Notes: a model not told the origin generated them from the sequence alone. A DNA stretch of 50,524 nucleotides from Parcubacteria group bacterium Licking1014_17 (GCA_007376485.1 VMGJ01000005.1:1-50524), one strand, 5' to 3'. Positions 25,757 to 38,523 are shown, counted from the stretch's first letter. Program-made: numbers and translations.

Positions 25757-26833
25757 ATGTCCCACTCCCATCTCCAAACCTATTTTTTCATAGTCCTACT
25801 TTCGGCGGTCTTGGTGTTAAGTTTTTTCGTGTTTCTTCCCTATCTTAATCCGCTTATAGTTGCGGCGGTGATGGCGGTGCTTTTCAGGCCGCTTTACAGA
25901 TTGATTCAAAAATTAGTCGGCAAACATGATTCAATCGCGACGATTCTGACGGTAATTATTGTTCTGATAGTGATTATTACCCCGCTTGCGTTAATCGGCG
26001 GTAAAATAGTGAGCGACGTTACCGATTTGTATAATTCGCTGGCGACGGACAGGCAATCGCTTAATATCGTGGACTCGGCGACAAAAGCGGTTTTGAACGT
26101 TTTGCACAAGATTGACCCGGATATTACAGCCAAATCTTTTGACATCAACCTTAAGCAATATATCGGCAACACCTTGAGCTGGATTGCCGGAAATCTGGTT
26201 TCTTTGTTCACCGGCGCGGCGCAGTTTATGATGAGCGGCATAGTCGCCCTGATTGCTTTTTATTTCTTACTTAAAGACGGTGCCAAGTTTAAAGAAAGGC
26301 TGATTGAATTAAGCCCGCTTTCCGACAAATACGACAGGGATATTTTTAAGCGCATTCAGATTACGATCACGTCGGTCATCCGCGGGACGCTGGTGGTGGC
26401 GGTCCTGCAGGGCTTGCTTTCGGGAGCCGGCTTCGCGATTTTTAAAATACCCAATCCGGCTTTGTGGGGCATGGTCGCGATTTTGGCGTCATTAATTCCG
26501 GGAATCGGCACGGCATTGGTATTGATTCCGGCTATAATCTATTCCGTTTTCGCGGGCGGTTTACTGAATGCCGTCGGTCTTGCCGCCTGGAGTCTTTTTA
26601 TTGTCGGTTTGGTGGATAATTTCCTCAAACCGCGGCTTATCAGCAAGAGCGTGCACATTCACGATGTCTTTGTTTTGCTTTCGGTCCTCGGCGGGTTAAG
26701 CTTATTCGGTCCTATCGGATTTCTGATAGGTCCCATAGTTTTAAGCCTCCTTTTCGCCCTTTTGGATATTTATAAAAATCTTATTCTAAGGGATGGGCGG
26801 ATCGCGGAGACTCCCCGCATTGAACATGGATAA
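25757..26833 (+). CDS. AI-2E family transporter (PerM/UPF0118)
   Basis: 358 aa with about 8 TM segments. The characteristic C-terminal half reads PALWGMVAILASLIPGIGTALVLIPA ... DNFLKPRLISK. Confidence 0.7.
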   Translation: MSHSHLQTYFFIVLLSAVLVLSFFVFLPYLNPLIVAAVMAVLFRPLYRLIQKLVGKHDSIATILTVIIVLIVIITPLALIGGKIVSDVTDLYNSLATDRQSLNIVDSATKAVLNVLHKIDPDITAKSFDINLKQYIGNTLSWIAGNLVSLFTGAAQFMMSGIVALIAFYFLLKDGAKFKERLIELSPLSDKYDRDIFKRIQITITSVIRGTLVVAVLQGLLSGAGFAIFKIPNPALWGMVAILASLIPGIGTALVLIPAIIYSVFAGGLLNAVGLAAWSLFIVGLVDNFLKPRLISKSVHIHDVFVLLSVLGGLSLFGPIGFLIGPIVLSLLFALLDIYKNLILRDGRIAETPRIEHG

Positions 26834-28586
26834 AGAAGAACAACTGCACAATTTGAGGCATTCGCTCGCGCACCTTTTGGCGGCGGCGGTTTCGGATTTA
26901 TATCCCAAAACCAAACTGACTATCGGCCCCGTCATTGAAAACGGTTTTTATTACGATTTTGATTTTGCCGAACCGATCAGCGACGAGGATTTGCCGAAAA
27001 TCGAAAAGAAAATGAAGGAAATTATGAAGGGCTGGAACGGGTTTGAGAGAATTGAGATGGACGAAAAAGAAGCCAAGAAATTTTACAAAGATAATCCGTA
27101 CAAATACGAACTGGTTGAAGAATTGGCGGGCAAAGGCGAGCAGATAACTTTTTATAAAGTCGGTGAATTCAGCGATCTTTGCCGCGGCGGGCACGTTGAA
27201 GATGTCGGTAAAATTGACCCGCACGCTTTTAAGCTCACTCATATCGCCGGCGCTTACTGGCGCGGCGACGAAAAAAACAAAATGCTTACGCGGATTTACG
27301 GAGCGGCATTTGAAACCAAAAAAGAACTGGACGATTATCTGAAAATGCTCGAAGAAGCCGAAAAACGCGACCATCGCAAACTCGGCAAAGAACTGGAACT
27401 TTTTACTTTTTCCGAAATCGTCGGCAAGGGGCTCCCCCTGTGGTTGCCCAAGGGCGCTACCATCCGGCGGGTTTTGGAAAGATTTATCGTTGATGAAGAA
27501 TTAAAACGCGGTTACCAGCATGTTTACACGCCCGACATCGCCAAGCTGGATTTGTATAAAAAGTCCGGCCATTACCCCTATTACAAGGATTCAATGTACG
27601 CGCCGATAAAAATTGACGATGAAGAGTTTATGCTAAGGCCGATGACCTGCCCCCACCATTTTGAACTTTATCTAAGCCGGCCCCGGAGCTACCGCGAATT
27701 GCCGATGCGCATTGCCGAACTTGCCAAACAATACCGCTATGAACAGTCCGGAGAGCTTAGCGGTTTGATTCGTGTTAGGGGTTTTTGTCTTGCTGATGCG
27801 CATATTATCTGCAAAGACAAAGACCAGGCGATGGACGAGGTTAGCGGGGTGCTTGATTTGATTGAATTCGTTGCCGAAAAATTTGGACTGAAGATGGGCG
27901 AGGACTTCCGGTACCGGCTGTCTCTGGGCGATCGGAAGGATGAGAAAAAATATTACAAGGACGATAAATCATGGGATGAAGGAGAAGAGGCTCTGCGGGA
28001 ACTCCTAAAAAAACGCGGTTCGGAATTCACGGAAGCGCCGAACGAAGCCGCTTTTTACGGACCTAAGATTGATATTCAAATGCGCAATGTCCGCGGCAAA
28101 GAAGACACCGCCTTTACTGTCCAGTATGATTTTGTGATGCCCAAGAGATTTAATCTTATTTATACCGATGCCGATGGTCAGGAAAAGCAAACAATCGTAG
28201 TCCATCGCTCGTCCATTGGTGCCATTGAGCGCATAATTGCCTTTTTGATTGAACATTTTGCCGGCGCCTTGCCTTTGTGGCTTTCTCCCATACAGGTTGC
28301 CGTGCTGACAATTTCCGAGAAGCAGATAGCTTACGCCGAGAAAGTGGTTGAGGAATTGAAGAAGAATGGAATTAGAGTTGAATTGAGCAAAGAAAACGAA
28401 ACCATCGGCAAAAAAATCCGCGAAGCCGAAATGCAAAAAATTCCTTATCTGGCAATTATTGGCGATAAGGAAGTCGATACCAATAAAATCGCCGTCCGTG
28501 AGCGCGGAAAAGGAGATGTGGGGCAAATGAAGACAGAGGAATTTATTGAAAAGATTTTGGAGGAAATTAATAGGAAGTCATTATAA
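26826..28586 (+). CDS. thrS: Threonyl-tRNA synthetase lacking the N-terminal TGS region
   Basis: The likely ATG at 26826 overlaps the upstream stop by 8 nt. Present are the SAD motif LRHSLAHLLAAAV, the class II core (RVRGFCLADAHI, FYGPKID, VVHRSSIGAIER) and the anticodon-binding domain. Confidence 0.9.
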   Translation: MDKEEQLHNLRHSLAHLLAAAVSDLYPKTKLTIGPVIENGFYYDFDFAEPISDEDLPKIEKKMKEIMKGWNGFERIEMDEKEAKKFYKDNPYKYELVEELAGKGEQITFYKVGEFSDLCRGGHVEDVGKIDPHAFKLTHIAGAYWRGDEKNKMLTRIYGAAFETKKELDDYLKMLEEAEKRDHRKLGKELELFTFSEIVGKGLPLWLPKGATIRRVLERFIVDEELKRGYQHVYTPDIAKLDLYKKSGHYPYYKDSMYAPIKIDDEEFMLRPMTCPHHFELYLSRPRSYRELPMRIAELAKQYRYEQSGELSGLIRVRGFCLADAHIICKDKDQAMDEVSGVLDLIEFVAEKFGLKMGEDFRYRLSLGDRKDEKKYYKDDKSWDEGEEALRELLKKRGSEFTEAPNEAAFYGPKIDIQMRNVRGKEDTAFTVQYDFVMPKRFNLIYTDADGQEKQTIVVHRSSIGAIERIIAFLIEHFAGALPLWLSPIQVAVLTISEKQIAYAEKVVEELKKNGIRVELSKENETIGKKIREAEMQKIPYLAIIGDKEVDTNKIAVRERGKGDVGQMKTEEFIEKILEEINRKSL

Positions 28587-28604
28587 TTTGTTATAAATTA
28601 AAAG

Positions 28605-29303
28605 ATGACGATCGAACAAAGAGTCCCGGGGCAAGAAAGCATGCCCCAAAAAATTGAGAGGGCGATATGCGACGTTGTGGAGATAGATGCCTATATAAAA
28701 AGTTGTGCGGAAAAAGTGAAAAAAATAGAACAAGGGCAGGATATCACACGGTTTTTGGATTTTGATGAAGTCATCAATTGTTTTGAAAAAGAATTCGACA
28801 AAAATAGATTAAGCACGAGCAAGAACATATTTGAATTTATGTTTTATAATTTTAGTAGTGACTATTTTCATAAGCTTTTGAGAATCCAGGTACTTATTGA
28901 ATCTTACTTCGGCGAATCGCCAAAAGAAGATGTGGCCGATATAAAAGACGCATTCGCATCTTTAAAAACATTGAGTATAAAAATATTGCGTTTCAAGGAG
29001 TTTTTAGATAGTCCAAATTTAAGAATTGAACTGCCTAAGCTGTTTGTGGACAAAGAGGAATCACTTAAAGATCCTCTATTTAGGAGATGGTTAAAAATAG
29101 AATATCGTCCCCGTGAAGAATGTTTTAAGATAAAACAAATTAGGGAAAAAGTTAAAGAATTGTTACTTGATCCTGGTCATAGGGATTTTATAGCTGATGT
29201 TATACAAATTCCATTTGAGTATAAAGAGGGGGGTCAGAGTAAAGGAGCGTGCAGTCCTTTATTAATTGGACTCAGTCCTGCATGGTGGGAAGGACATTTA
29301 TAA
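28605..29303 (+). CDS. Hypothetical protein
   Basis: 232-aa ORF, very AT-rich, with no recognisable motif. Confidence 0.45.
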   Translation: MTIEQRVPGQESMPQKIERAICDVVEIDAYIKSCAEKVKKIEQGQDITRFLDFDEVINCFEKEFDKNRLSTSKNIFEFMFYNFSSDYFHKLLRIQVLIESYFGESPKEDVADIKDAFASLKTLSIKILRFKEFLDSPNLRIELPKLFVDKEESLKDPLFRRWLKIEYRPREECFKIKQIREKVKELLLDPGHRDFIADVIQIPFEYKEGGQSKGACSPLLIGLSPAWWEGHL

Positions 29304-29495
29304 ATCAAATTGTTTCTGAAGTAAAAAACAAGAGCTTATAAAAAATCCCCAGGAGGCGGCGAGCTCCTCATGCCTCCTGGGGTAGTTCCGTAGGGTCCTG
29401 ATGGCGCAACAGCGCCACGCCCATTCTCTGCAGTGAGGATGGGCCAACCCCTTCCTTAAGATAATTTGATTATATTCTAGTAATTCAAATAGTCA

Positions 29496-30452
29496 ATGAA
29501 ATATCACACACTGCCCAAACTCCTCGTCCTCCTTGGTCCCACGGCTTCAGGAAAGTCGGGATTGGCGATGGAGATTGCGAGAAAATTCAATGGCGAAATT
29601 ATTTCCGCCGATTCTCGGCAGGTTTATCGCGGGATGGATATCGGCACGGGAAAAATCACCAAAAAAGAAATGCGCGGTGTCCTCCACCATTTACTGGATG
29701 TCGCTTCGCCTAAAACCGACTTCAATGTTTCAAAATTTGTGCCGCTTGCCGAAAAAGCAATAGAAAAAATTATAGCCCTTCGACTCGCTCCGCCCCTTCG
29801 ACATGCTCAGGGCGGGCTCGCTCAGGGCAAACAATTGGCACCAAAGGTGCCAATTGTTTGTGGGGGCACGGGATTTTGGATTGACACCTTGGTTTTCGGT
29901 TTGAAAATCCCGGAAGTAAAACCCGACTTGAAACTGCGGGCAAAACTGGAAAATTTAAACGCCGAGAAACTTTTTGAAAAACTTCAAAGGCTTGACCCAC
30001 GTCGGGCAAAAACAATAGATAAAAATAATAAACGCCGGCTGATACGAGCATTAGAAATTATTATTAAATCCGGCAAAAAAGTTCCTGTCATCAGTTATAA
30101 ACCGAAATATAATTGCCTGTTTATAGGAATAAAAAAGTCCCGCGTGGAGTTGGATAAATTAATTGAAAGAAGGCTTTATAGGAGGTTGAACCAGGGAATG
30201 GTTGCTGAAGTGAAAAAACTCCACAAGTCCGGGATATCATGGAAAAAAATGGACAACTTCGGGCTGGAATACAGATATATTTCGCGGTATCTTGCGGGCA
30301 AAATCAGCCGCCAAGAAATGATAAAGCGATTGGCTACTGAAATAAAAAAATACGCCAAAAGACAGATGACGTGGTTTAAGAGGAACAAAGATATACACTG
30401 GATAAAAAACAAAACCGAAGCATCAAAAATTATTCGGTTCTTTCTCGGATAA
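29496..30452 (+). CDS. miaA: tRNA dimethylallyltransferase with a ~24-aa in-frame GC-rich insertion
   Basis: P-loop LLGPTASGKS, SADSRQVYRGMDIGT, VCGGTGFWIDTL and RRLIRALE. The insertion ALRLAPPLRHAQGGLAQGKQLAPK lies just before the conserved PIVCGGTG. Confidence 0.9.
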   Translation: MKYHTLPKLLVLLGPTASGKSGLAMEIARKFNGEIISADSRQVYRGMDIGTGKITKKEMRGVLHHLLDVASPKTDFNVSKFVPLAEKAIEKIIALRLAPPLRHAQGGLAQGKQLAPKVPIVCGGTGFWIDTLVFGLKIPEVKPDLKLRAKLENLNAEKLFEKLQRLDPRRAKTIDKNNKRRLIRALEIIIKSGKKVPVISYKPKYNCLFIGIKKSRVELDKLIERRLYRRLNQGMVAEVKKLHKSGISWKKMDNFGLEYRYISRYLAGKISRQEMIKRLATEIKKYAKRQMTWFKRNKDIHWIKNKTEASKIIRFFLG

Positions 30453-30453
30453 T

Positions 30454-30801
30454 TTAAATTTTTCTGATTAATTTTTTCTGAAGTTCGGCTATTTTTCTTT
30501 CAATTTCCGGAGTCCTACCCCTAAAAGTCATTTCTTTTTTTAATTGTGCTATTTCTTGCTGAATGGGTCTATTTTCCTCACTAATGCCCTGATTAATCAG
30601 TCCCCTTTGCTGGAACGGCATTTCATCTAACGGAGTTGGTTTTCTCAAAGGCTCTAAAACACGGGCTTTATTGTAATCTACGGGCAGTTTTTGAGCTGGG
30701 GGCTTAGCAGGAATTACCGGTAGATTTTCAAACCAATTAATTAATCTTGCAATCAATCCTTTCCTGCCCGGTTCTTTTATAACATTTTTTTCGTCTGTCA
30801 T
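30454..30801 (-). CDS. Hypothetical protein
   Basis: 115-aa ORF immediately downstream of gatB. No motif was recognised. Confidence 0.4.
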   Translation of the reverse strand: MTDEKNVIKEPGRKGLIARLINWFENLPVIPAKPPAQKLPVDYNKARVLEPLRKPTPLDEMPFQQRGLINQGISEENRPIQQEIAQLKKEMTFRGRTPEIERKIAELQKKLIRKI

Positions 30802-30805
30802 ATTT

Positions 30806-32320
30806 TTATTGTTTTAATTTTTTCTCAATTATTTTTTCAACAATTTGGGGATTGGCTTTGCCGTGGGTTTCCGCCATAATTTTACCTATCAAAAACTTTA
30901 TCGTTTCAACCTTGCCCTTTTTATAATCTTCCGTCGCTTTTTCGTTATTTGCAAGCACCCTGTCCACAGCCAGTTCAAGCTCGGATTCGTCGGAAACCTG
31001 GCCAAGATTTTTCTCCCTAATAATCGTCTCTGGCTCGGCGCCGGTCTCGAACATTATTTTCATCACCCCCACCGCGCCGGTAGAAGATATTTCATTGTGA
31101 TGGATTTTTGCCACCAGTTCGGCAAAATTTTCAGGAGTCATTTTTAAACCCTCAATTTCGTTTATTTCCATGCCGGCGGCGTTCATCAATGCTGGTAGCT
31201 GGGTGATTAAATAGTTGGCAGCTAAAACATAGAGCTGTTTTTTATGCTCCTCACTGATTTCTTCATCGCCCTTAATTTTATCCCACTCGCTGATTTCGCT
31301 TGCCACATTCTCAAAATAATCACCTAATTTCTTGGCAGTGGTGAAAATCTCTATCTGTGAGGAATTCAAGCCGTATTCTTCGGCAAAACGCTTTCTCCTT
31401 CGTAACGGCAACTCCGGCAATCTTGAGCGCAATTCTTCAATGTAGGTTTTTGTGAATGTAAGCGGCGGCAGATCCGGTTCCGGGAAATAGCGGTAATCAG
31501 CCGAACCTTCTTTCGTCCTCTGGCTGAAAGTCTCGCCTTTATTTTCATTCCAGCCCCGAGTTTCCTGCGTAATTTTCCCGCCGGCTTCCAATATTTCCGC
31601 CTGCCTTTCTATTTCATAATTAACCGCCCGCGCCGCCGCGCTTATTGAGTTGATATTTTTAATTTCCACCTTCGTGCCGAGCTTTTCCTCCCCCGCTTTT
31701 TTGATGGATATATTCACTTCCACGCGCATCTGCCCTTTTTCCATGTCGGCGTCGGAACAATCCAGATAACGGACTATCAGTTGGAGTTCTTTTACGAACT
31801 TAATCAGCTCGTCGCCCGAAACCAAATCAGGCATGGTCACAAGCTCCATAAGTGGCACACCGGCGCGATTGTAATCAACTAAACTATGCGAGCCATCGCC
31901 GGTATGCAAAAGTTTCCCTGTATCCTCCTCGAGATGGATTCTCTGGATTCTTATTTTTTTTACTTGGCTCGCCGAAGCTTTTAGCGAAGGCGGCTCGATT
32001 TTCAGCCAGCCCTCGCGGCATAACGGCATGTCATATTGGGAAATCTGGTAGCCCTTGGGCAAGTCGGGGTAAAAATAATTTTTGCGGTCGAATTTTGAAT
32101 GCTCGGCTATCACACAATTCAAAGCCATGCCGGTTCTGATTGATTTTTCGACAGCTTCCTTGTTAATAACCGGCAAGGTCCCCGGATGTCCCATGCACAC
32201 CGGGCAGACATTCACATTGGGGTGAGTTTCATTCGGGTCATTCGCCGAATCGCAAAACATTTTTGTTTTTGTCTTGAGTTCCGTGTGGATTTCCAAACCT
32301 ATCGCGGGTTCGTAGTTCAT
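30806..32320 (-). CDS. gatB: Asp/Glu-tRNA amidotransferase subunit B
   Basis: MNYEPAIGLEIHTELKT, VCPVCMGHPGTLPV, FDRKNYFYPDLPKGYQISQ and a C-terminal YqeY-like domain. The start was chosen at the conserved M-x-YE. Confidence 0.9.
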   Translation of the reverse strand: MNYEPAIGLEIHTELKTKTKMFCDSANDPNETHPNVNVCPVCMGHPGTLPVINKEAVEKSIRTGMALNCVIAEHSKFDRKNYFYPDLPKGYQISQYDMPLCREGWLKIEPPSLKASASQVKKIRIQRIHLEEDTGKLLHTGDGSHSLVDYNRAGVPLMELVTMPDLVSGDELIKFVKELQLIVRYLDCSDADMEKGQMRVEVNISIKKAGEEKLGTKVEIKNINSISAAARAVNYEIERQAEILEAGGKITQETRGWNENKGETFSQRTKEGSADYRYFPEPDLPPLTFTKTYIEELRSRLPELPLRRRKRFAEEYGLNSSQIEIFTTAKKLGDYFENVASEISEWDKIKGDEEISEEHKKQLYVLAANYLITQLPALMNAAGMEINEIEGLKMTPENFAELVAKIHHNEISSTGAVGVMKIMFETGAEPETIIREKNLGQVSDESELELAVDRVLANNEKATEDYKKGKVETIKFLIGKIMAETHGKANPQIVEKIIEKKLKQ

Positions 32321-32382
32321 AAACATATTTATAACAATAAAATCCGGCTTTATCAACCGGGTTGGATTCATATCGGGCAGAT

Positions 32383-33507
32383 TTATTTAAGACGTTCTTT
32401 CCAGAAACATCCGGATTTGGGGGCTAATGTCGCAGTCATTAAGTTACCTGAACTGCCGCAGTCGCTTGTTTTGCCGGCGTAATTCCAGCTTCCGTCCGGC
32501 ACCTTGTCGCTGAAGCAACCGATGCTGTAAGTATTCAGATCTTCTTTATTTATTCTTTTTGCCAATGTCGCGCAGGTTGGGTAAACGCACTTACTTTCCA
32601 AAAAATTACATAGCGGTTTTTTATTATTCAAACAGGTTTGCTCGTCCGTTATTTTGCCGCAATCGATTGACTCGCCCGCGGAACTGTTTGATTCTTCGTT
32701 CTGGATTTGAGGAATTTCCTGCTGTTGAGCCTGTCCTTGCGCCACCGTGAAATTTACGGGATTGCTTATGTTGCCGTTGACAGTAACTGAAACTTTGTAA
32801 TTTCCCGGCGTTACGTCAATGGTCCTTAGTAATGTGCCGCAACTCTCTCCTCCTGCCGACTTATTCGGAGTCATGGAGGTCTTGTCATAAACAGCGATAC
32901 TACCCTTGGAGAAAAGGCAGTGCTTGTATTTATCGGGCACGGTGAAGACAACCCCTGTTCCTTTATTCTGCGAAACGGCCGGTACCGAAATTTCCCCGAA
33001 ATTGACTTTCTCCGAATTAAAAAGTCCGCTGCCGGTTAAGGTAACCGCCTCGCCAACTCGACCGCTTTCCGGGATTATTCCGGTGATTACCGGCAACTGG
33101 CACATGCCGCTGATTTTTTGCCTCGTTGCCTCGTCAATTTTGCCTGACTGGTTTATTCCCTGCTCTTTTTGGAACGCTTTCAGTAAATCTTTTGTTTTGT
33201 AGGACGTTGGGGCGCCAGTTTCGAGCCCGAAGTAATTCAATAAAAATTGATACAATCCCTTTGAAGCCACCAGATTCGTAACATCGCCGGAAAAAATACC
33301 CAAGCCTTCGGGAGCGCCTGGGCAAGCAATGGGCAGGCGAATCTGCCGCGAATAAATTGAAGCCGGCAAGTATTGTCCTCTCAACGCGCCGACCTTGGCA
33401 TTTAATAAATCCAATCCCGGCTTTTCTCTCGCGTACTTAACAACCGCGTAAGAGACGGGGGCTAAAACCAGTATCAACACAGCGAGAAACAGGAGTTTTA
33501 ATTTCAT
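32383..33507 (-). CDS. Secreted protein with a peptidoglycan-binding-like repeat, an IPT/TIG-like domain and a Cys-rich C-terminus
   Basis: Signal/anchor MKLKLLFLAVLILVLAP. LLKAFQKEQGINQSGKIDEATRQKI is PG_binding_1-like, and PVITGIIPESGRVGEAVTLTGSGL is IPT-like. Confidence 0.5.
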   Translation of the reverse strand: MKLKLLFLAVLILVLAPVSYAVVKYAREKPGLDLLNAKVGALRGQYLPASIYSRQIRLPIACPGAPEGLGIFSGDVTNLVASKGLYQFLLNYFGLETGAPTSYKTKDLLKAFQKEQGINQSGKIDEATRQKISGMCQLPVITGIIPESGRVGEAVTLTGSGLFNSEKVNFGEISVPAVSQNKGTGVVFTVPDKYKHCLFSKGSIAVYDKTSMTPNKSAGGESCGTLLRTIDVTPGNYKVSVTVNGNISNPVNFTVAQGQAQQQEIPQIQNEESNSSAGESIDCGKITDEQTCLNNKKPLCNFLESKCVYPTCATLAKRINKEDLNTYSIGCFSDKVPDGSWNYAGKTSDCGSSGNLMTATLAPKSGCFWKERLK

Positions 33508-33508
33508 T

Positions 33509-34513
33509 CTAATTCTTGTTTAGTATCCGAATATTGCTTAGCCAGAGATTTGATAACAGCGATTTATTGCTGTCGTTTCCGTATGTCCCGATGCCGAAGG
33601 TCGCGGCGCTGGTAACCGCCGTTTTCCAGTCGCCGATTGGCGGAGTTATGAGATTCCTTTCTATCAAAATATTAATAATATATTTCCACGGAATTGAAAT
33701 TTGCCTTTCGGTTTCTTTGGGGGTGGCAACGCCTATCGCTTTGCCGTCAATGACGATTGATTCCTGGGTGGGTGTTTTCTTGTACTGAAGTATAAGCGGA
33801 TCGCTGGGATATTCGTCGGTCCAGTCTTTTTCGTTAAGCGCGATTTCAATTGATTTAGTCACGCCGTCCCAGAAGCCATTCCAACCGGCGAAAACCATAG
33901 CCCCGCCGTTATTGCCGGCTATTGCGTAATTAAGCGTGGCTTCCGTCTGGAGATTCTGCGGTCTCGGCAACGGTCCCCCGCCCCAAATGGCGCTGTCCAT
34001 GAAAATCATCTTTATGGAACTATTCTGTCCGCAGGGATTTTTAACATTGAGTAGGTCGGTCGTCATATTAACCATCCATCGATTATTGTCATCCGCCGGT
34101 AGCCACCTGATTGATAACGGACTTTTGGGAGCGTTCAAGGTCAGCAGTTTTGACTTACAGAGGTTACCCAGGGCATCAATGGCATCAACATAAAAGCTCC
34201 AGTTTCCTTCCTTGCCGCATTGAGCCTCATCCCTGTAAGTCGGCAGATTTCCGTCGGCGCTTCGGATACAGCGTTTTGTAATTCCCGGGTCCCAGCCGCC
34301 CAGCGACTCTGTGCCGCTACCCATATTATTATCAATCTGGTTTTTTTGCAGGAAAGCCATTTTTTCTGAAAGATTGCCGGCGTCAAAAATCGTGCGGTTG
34401 AAAGACAATTGCAGGTCCTCCAAGGTCTTGGTGGAAAAAATTACCGGCAGAGTTATCAGCGCCAAAAAAACGATCAACAGAATATTCTGCTTGAGGAATT
34501 TTAGGATTTTCAT
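33509..34513 (-). CDS. Secreted or membrane-anchored hypothetical protein
   Basis: N-terminal hydrophobic anchor (ILLIVFLALITLPVIF). No motif was recognised. Confidence 0.45.
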   Translation of the reverse strand: MKILKFLKQNILLIVFLALITLPVIFSTKTLEDLQLSFNRTIFDAGNLSEKMAFLQKNQIDNNMGSGTESLGGWDPGITKRCIRSADGNLPTYRDEAQCGKEGNWSFYVDAIDALGNLCKSKLLTLNAPKSPLSIRWLPADDNNRWMVNMTTDLLNVKNPCGQNSSIKMIFMDSAIWGGGPLPRPQNLQTEATLNYAIAGNNGGAMVFAGWNGFWDGVTKSIEIALNEKDWTDEYPSDPLILQYKKTPTQESIVIDGKAIGVATPKETERQISIPWKYIINILIERNLITPPIGDWKTAVTSAATFGIGTYGNDSNKSLLSNLWLSNIRILNKN

Positions 34514-34572
34514 GTTTATACATTAATTATCGTTCAGGAGAACGTTATTGGCAAATAGTTTATGCACAATAA

Positions 34573-34601
34573 GCAAAAACCGCCCTGGAATGGCGGTTTT
34601 T
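34573..34601 (-). terminator. Rho-independent (bidirectional-looking) terminator after rplK
   Basis: aaaaaccgcc-ctggaat-ggcggttttt: a 5-bp GC core flanked by A and T runs that extend the stem. Confidence 0.7.
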
Positions 34602-34616
34602 GTCGGTTGTGATTGA

Positions 34617-35042
34617 TTATTTTTTCACGTCTATTCCCATTGAGCGGGCGGTGCCTTCAATGATTTTTTCCGCCGCTTCCTCGTCTCTGGCATTCAAGTC
34701 AGGCATTTTTATTTTGGCGATTTCTTTCACTTGAGCTTTGGTGACGCTACCCACTTTATTGGTGTTGGGCTTGTTGGAACCCTTTTCTACTTTTGCCGCT
34801 TTGCGCAGAAGATAAGCCGCCGGCGGAGTTTTGAGAATAAAAGAAAAACTTCTGTCTTCAAAAATCGTGATTTCACAGGGGATCACCTCGCCCATTTTTT
34901 CGCGGGTGGCTTCATTGAATTTCGACACGAATTCCTGGATGTTTACTCCGTGAGGGCCAAGCATCGTTCCAACCGGCGGTGCGGGAGTAGCTTTGCCGCC
35001 CTCAATCTGCAATTTTAGTTTTGTTTTTATTTTCTTTGCCAT
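34617..35042 (-). CDS. rplK: 50S ribosomal protein L11
   Basis: [29 protein letters not shown]... Confidence 0.95.
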   Translation of the reverse strand: MAKKIKTKLKLQIEGGKATPAPPVGTMLGPHGVNIQEFVSKFNEATREKMGEVIPCEITIFEDRSFSFILKTPPAAYLLRKAAKVEKGSNKPNTNKVGSVTKAQVKEIAKIKMPDLNARDEEAAEKIIEGTARSMGIDVKK

Positions 35043-35044
35043 AT

Positions 35045-35590
35045 TTATATTTTTCTGACCTGCAGGAAATCCAGTTCCACGGGCGTTTCACGTCCGAACA
35101 TGGATATGAAAACCTTGATTTTGCCCCTTTCTTCGTCTATTTCGGACACCCTGCCGTCAAAATCTTTGAAGGGGCCGTCCACTATCTTTACACTATTGCC
35201 GGCCGCTACGTCAAGCTTAAATTTCGGCTCTTCGACGCCCATGCGCTTGAAAAGTATGTCAATTTCTTCCTTTGAAAGCGGTGTTGGAACGACGCCGGCG
35301 CCGATAAAGCCGGTAACGTTCGGCGTATTCCTGACCACGTACCACGACTGGTCGGTAACCATCATCTCAACCAAAACATAGCCGGGATAGATTTTTTCCT
35401 CAACCACCTCGCGCCTGCCGCCCTTAATTTTTATTTTCTTTTCTTTCGGGACGATAACACTAAAAATCTTGTCCTCGTAACCGAGGGATTCTATCCTTTG
35501 TTTTAAGTTTTTAGCGACGTTGTCTTCGTAGCCAGAATAGGTATGGATTGCGTACCACTGGCGTTTGCCGTCGGAAATTTGTTTTGCCAC
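35045..35590 (-). CDS. nusG: Transcription termination/antitermination factor NusG
   Basis: [14 protein letters not shown] (NGN domain) and the KOW motif [15 protein letters not shown]. Confidence 0.92.
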   Translation of the reverse strand: MAKQISDGKRQWYAIHTYSGYEDNVAKNLKQRIESLGYEDKIFSVIVPKEKKIKIKGGRREVVEEKIYPGYVLVEMMVTDQSWYVVRNTPNVTGFIGAGVVPTPLSKEEIDILFKRMGVEEPKFKLDVAAGNSVKIVDGPFKDFDGRVSEIDEERGKIKVFISMFGRETPVELDFLQVRKI

Positions 35591-35775
35591 TATTTCAAAA
35601 GCAGGCTTCTTAGAGCACCGCCGAATACGATATCGAAGATACCCAGAAAAACCGCTACTGCCAGACTCATAATTATAACCGCCAAAGTATATCTGAAAGT
35701 CTGCCGGCGCGTCGGCCAGGCGACCTTGGCAAGTTCGATTTTTACATCCTTAAGAAACGCGATAATTTTACCCAT
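35590..35775 (-). CDS. secE: Preprotein translocase subunit SecE
   Basis: 61 aa with ELAKVAWPTRRQT followed by a single TM. The secE-nusG-rplK order is conserved. Confidence 0.85.
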   Translation of the reverse strand: MGKIIAFLKDVKIELAKVAWPTRRQTFRYTLAVIIMSLAVAVFLGIFDIVFGGALRSLLLK

Positions 35776-35847
35776 TTTGATGTTTTATTGAAACGGCTCC
35801 GAATGCAGATTTAACTATATCATACTTTTCTGATAACGCAATGGACT

Positions 35848-37962
<2,115 letters not shown>

Positions 37963-38523
37963 TTAGAAAGAGCTACCCGCCCATGCGGGAAGCTTTCCTT
38001 CTCCTCAATTGTATCATTTTACCGATTAGGATTCAATGCCTTTTTTTATCTATTTTTCTGTCCGTCCAGTCGAGTGTTTTCTTGTCATGTTTTAGATTTC
38101 TCACTTGCCAACCCTAAGCTGGCTGGGAAATATGCCTTTTCGCAGATGTTCGGGCTTTCCAGCGAAGCCCTCACTTATACCTCACCAGTTTTCACTCATC
38201 GGGTACCGATGAGTGACCAAGCAAAACTGGCTCGCTGTACTGCTCAAAGATATATCCCCCAGCTAATTTTCTGCTCGGCCTGCGGGTCAATTCCACCATT
38301 TGACCCGCTCGCCCTCCCCGATTAATTAATGTAGATAAGAGATATTATAACCTCTGAATGAGATTGCACTGTTTCTATTGTTAGAAGCAATCTTATGTGG
38401 TGATTTTGGGAAACAGGCCATTCTGCAACCTGTGGATATTTACTTTCGCCGTAGTATATGCTAACCTGTTAGCATCACCACGAAAGAGACCCTTGCGGGG
38501 TTTTGTCCCTGCCGGGGGCTTTT

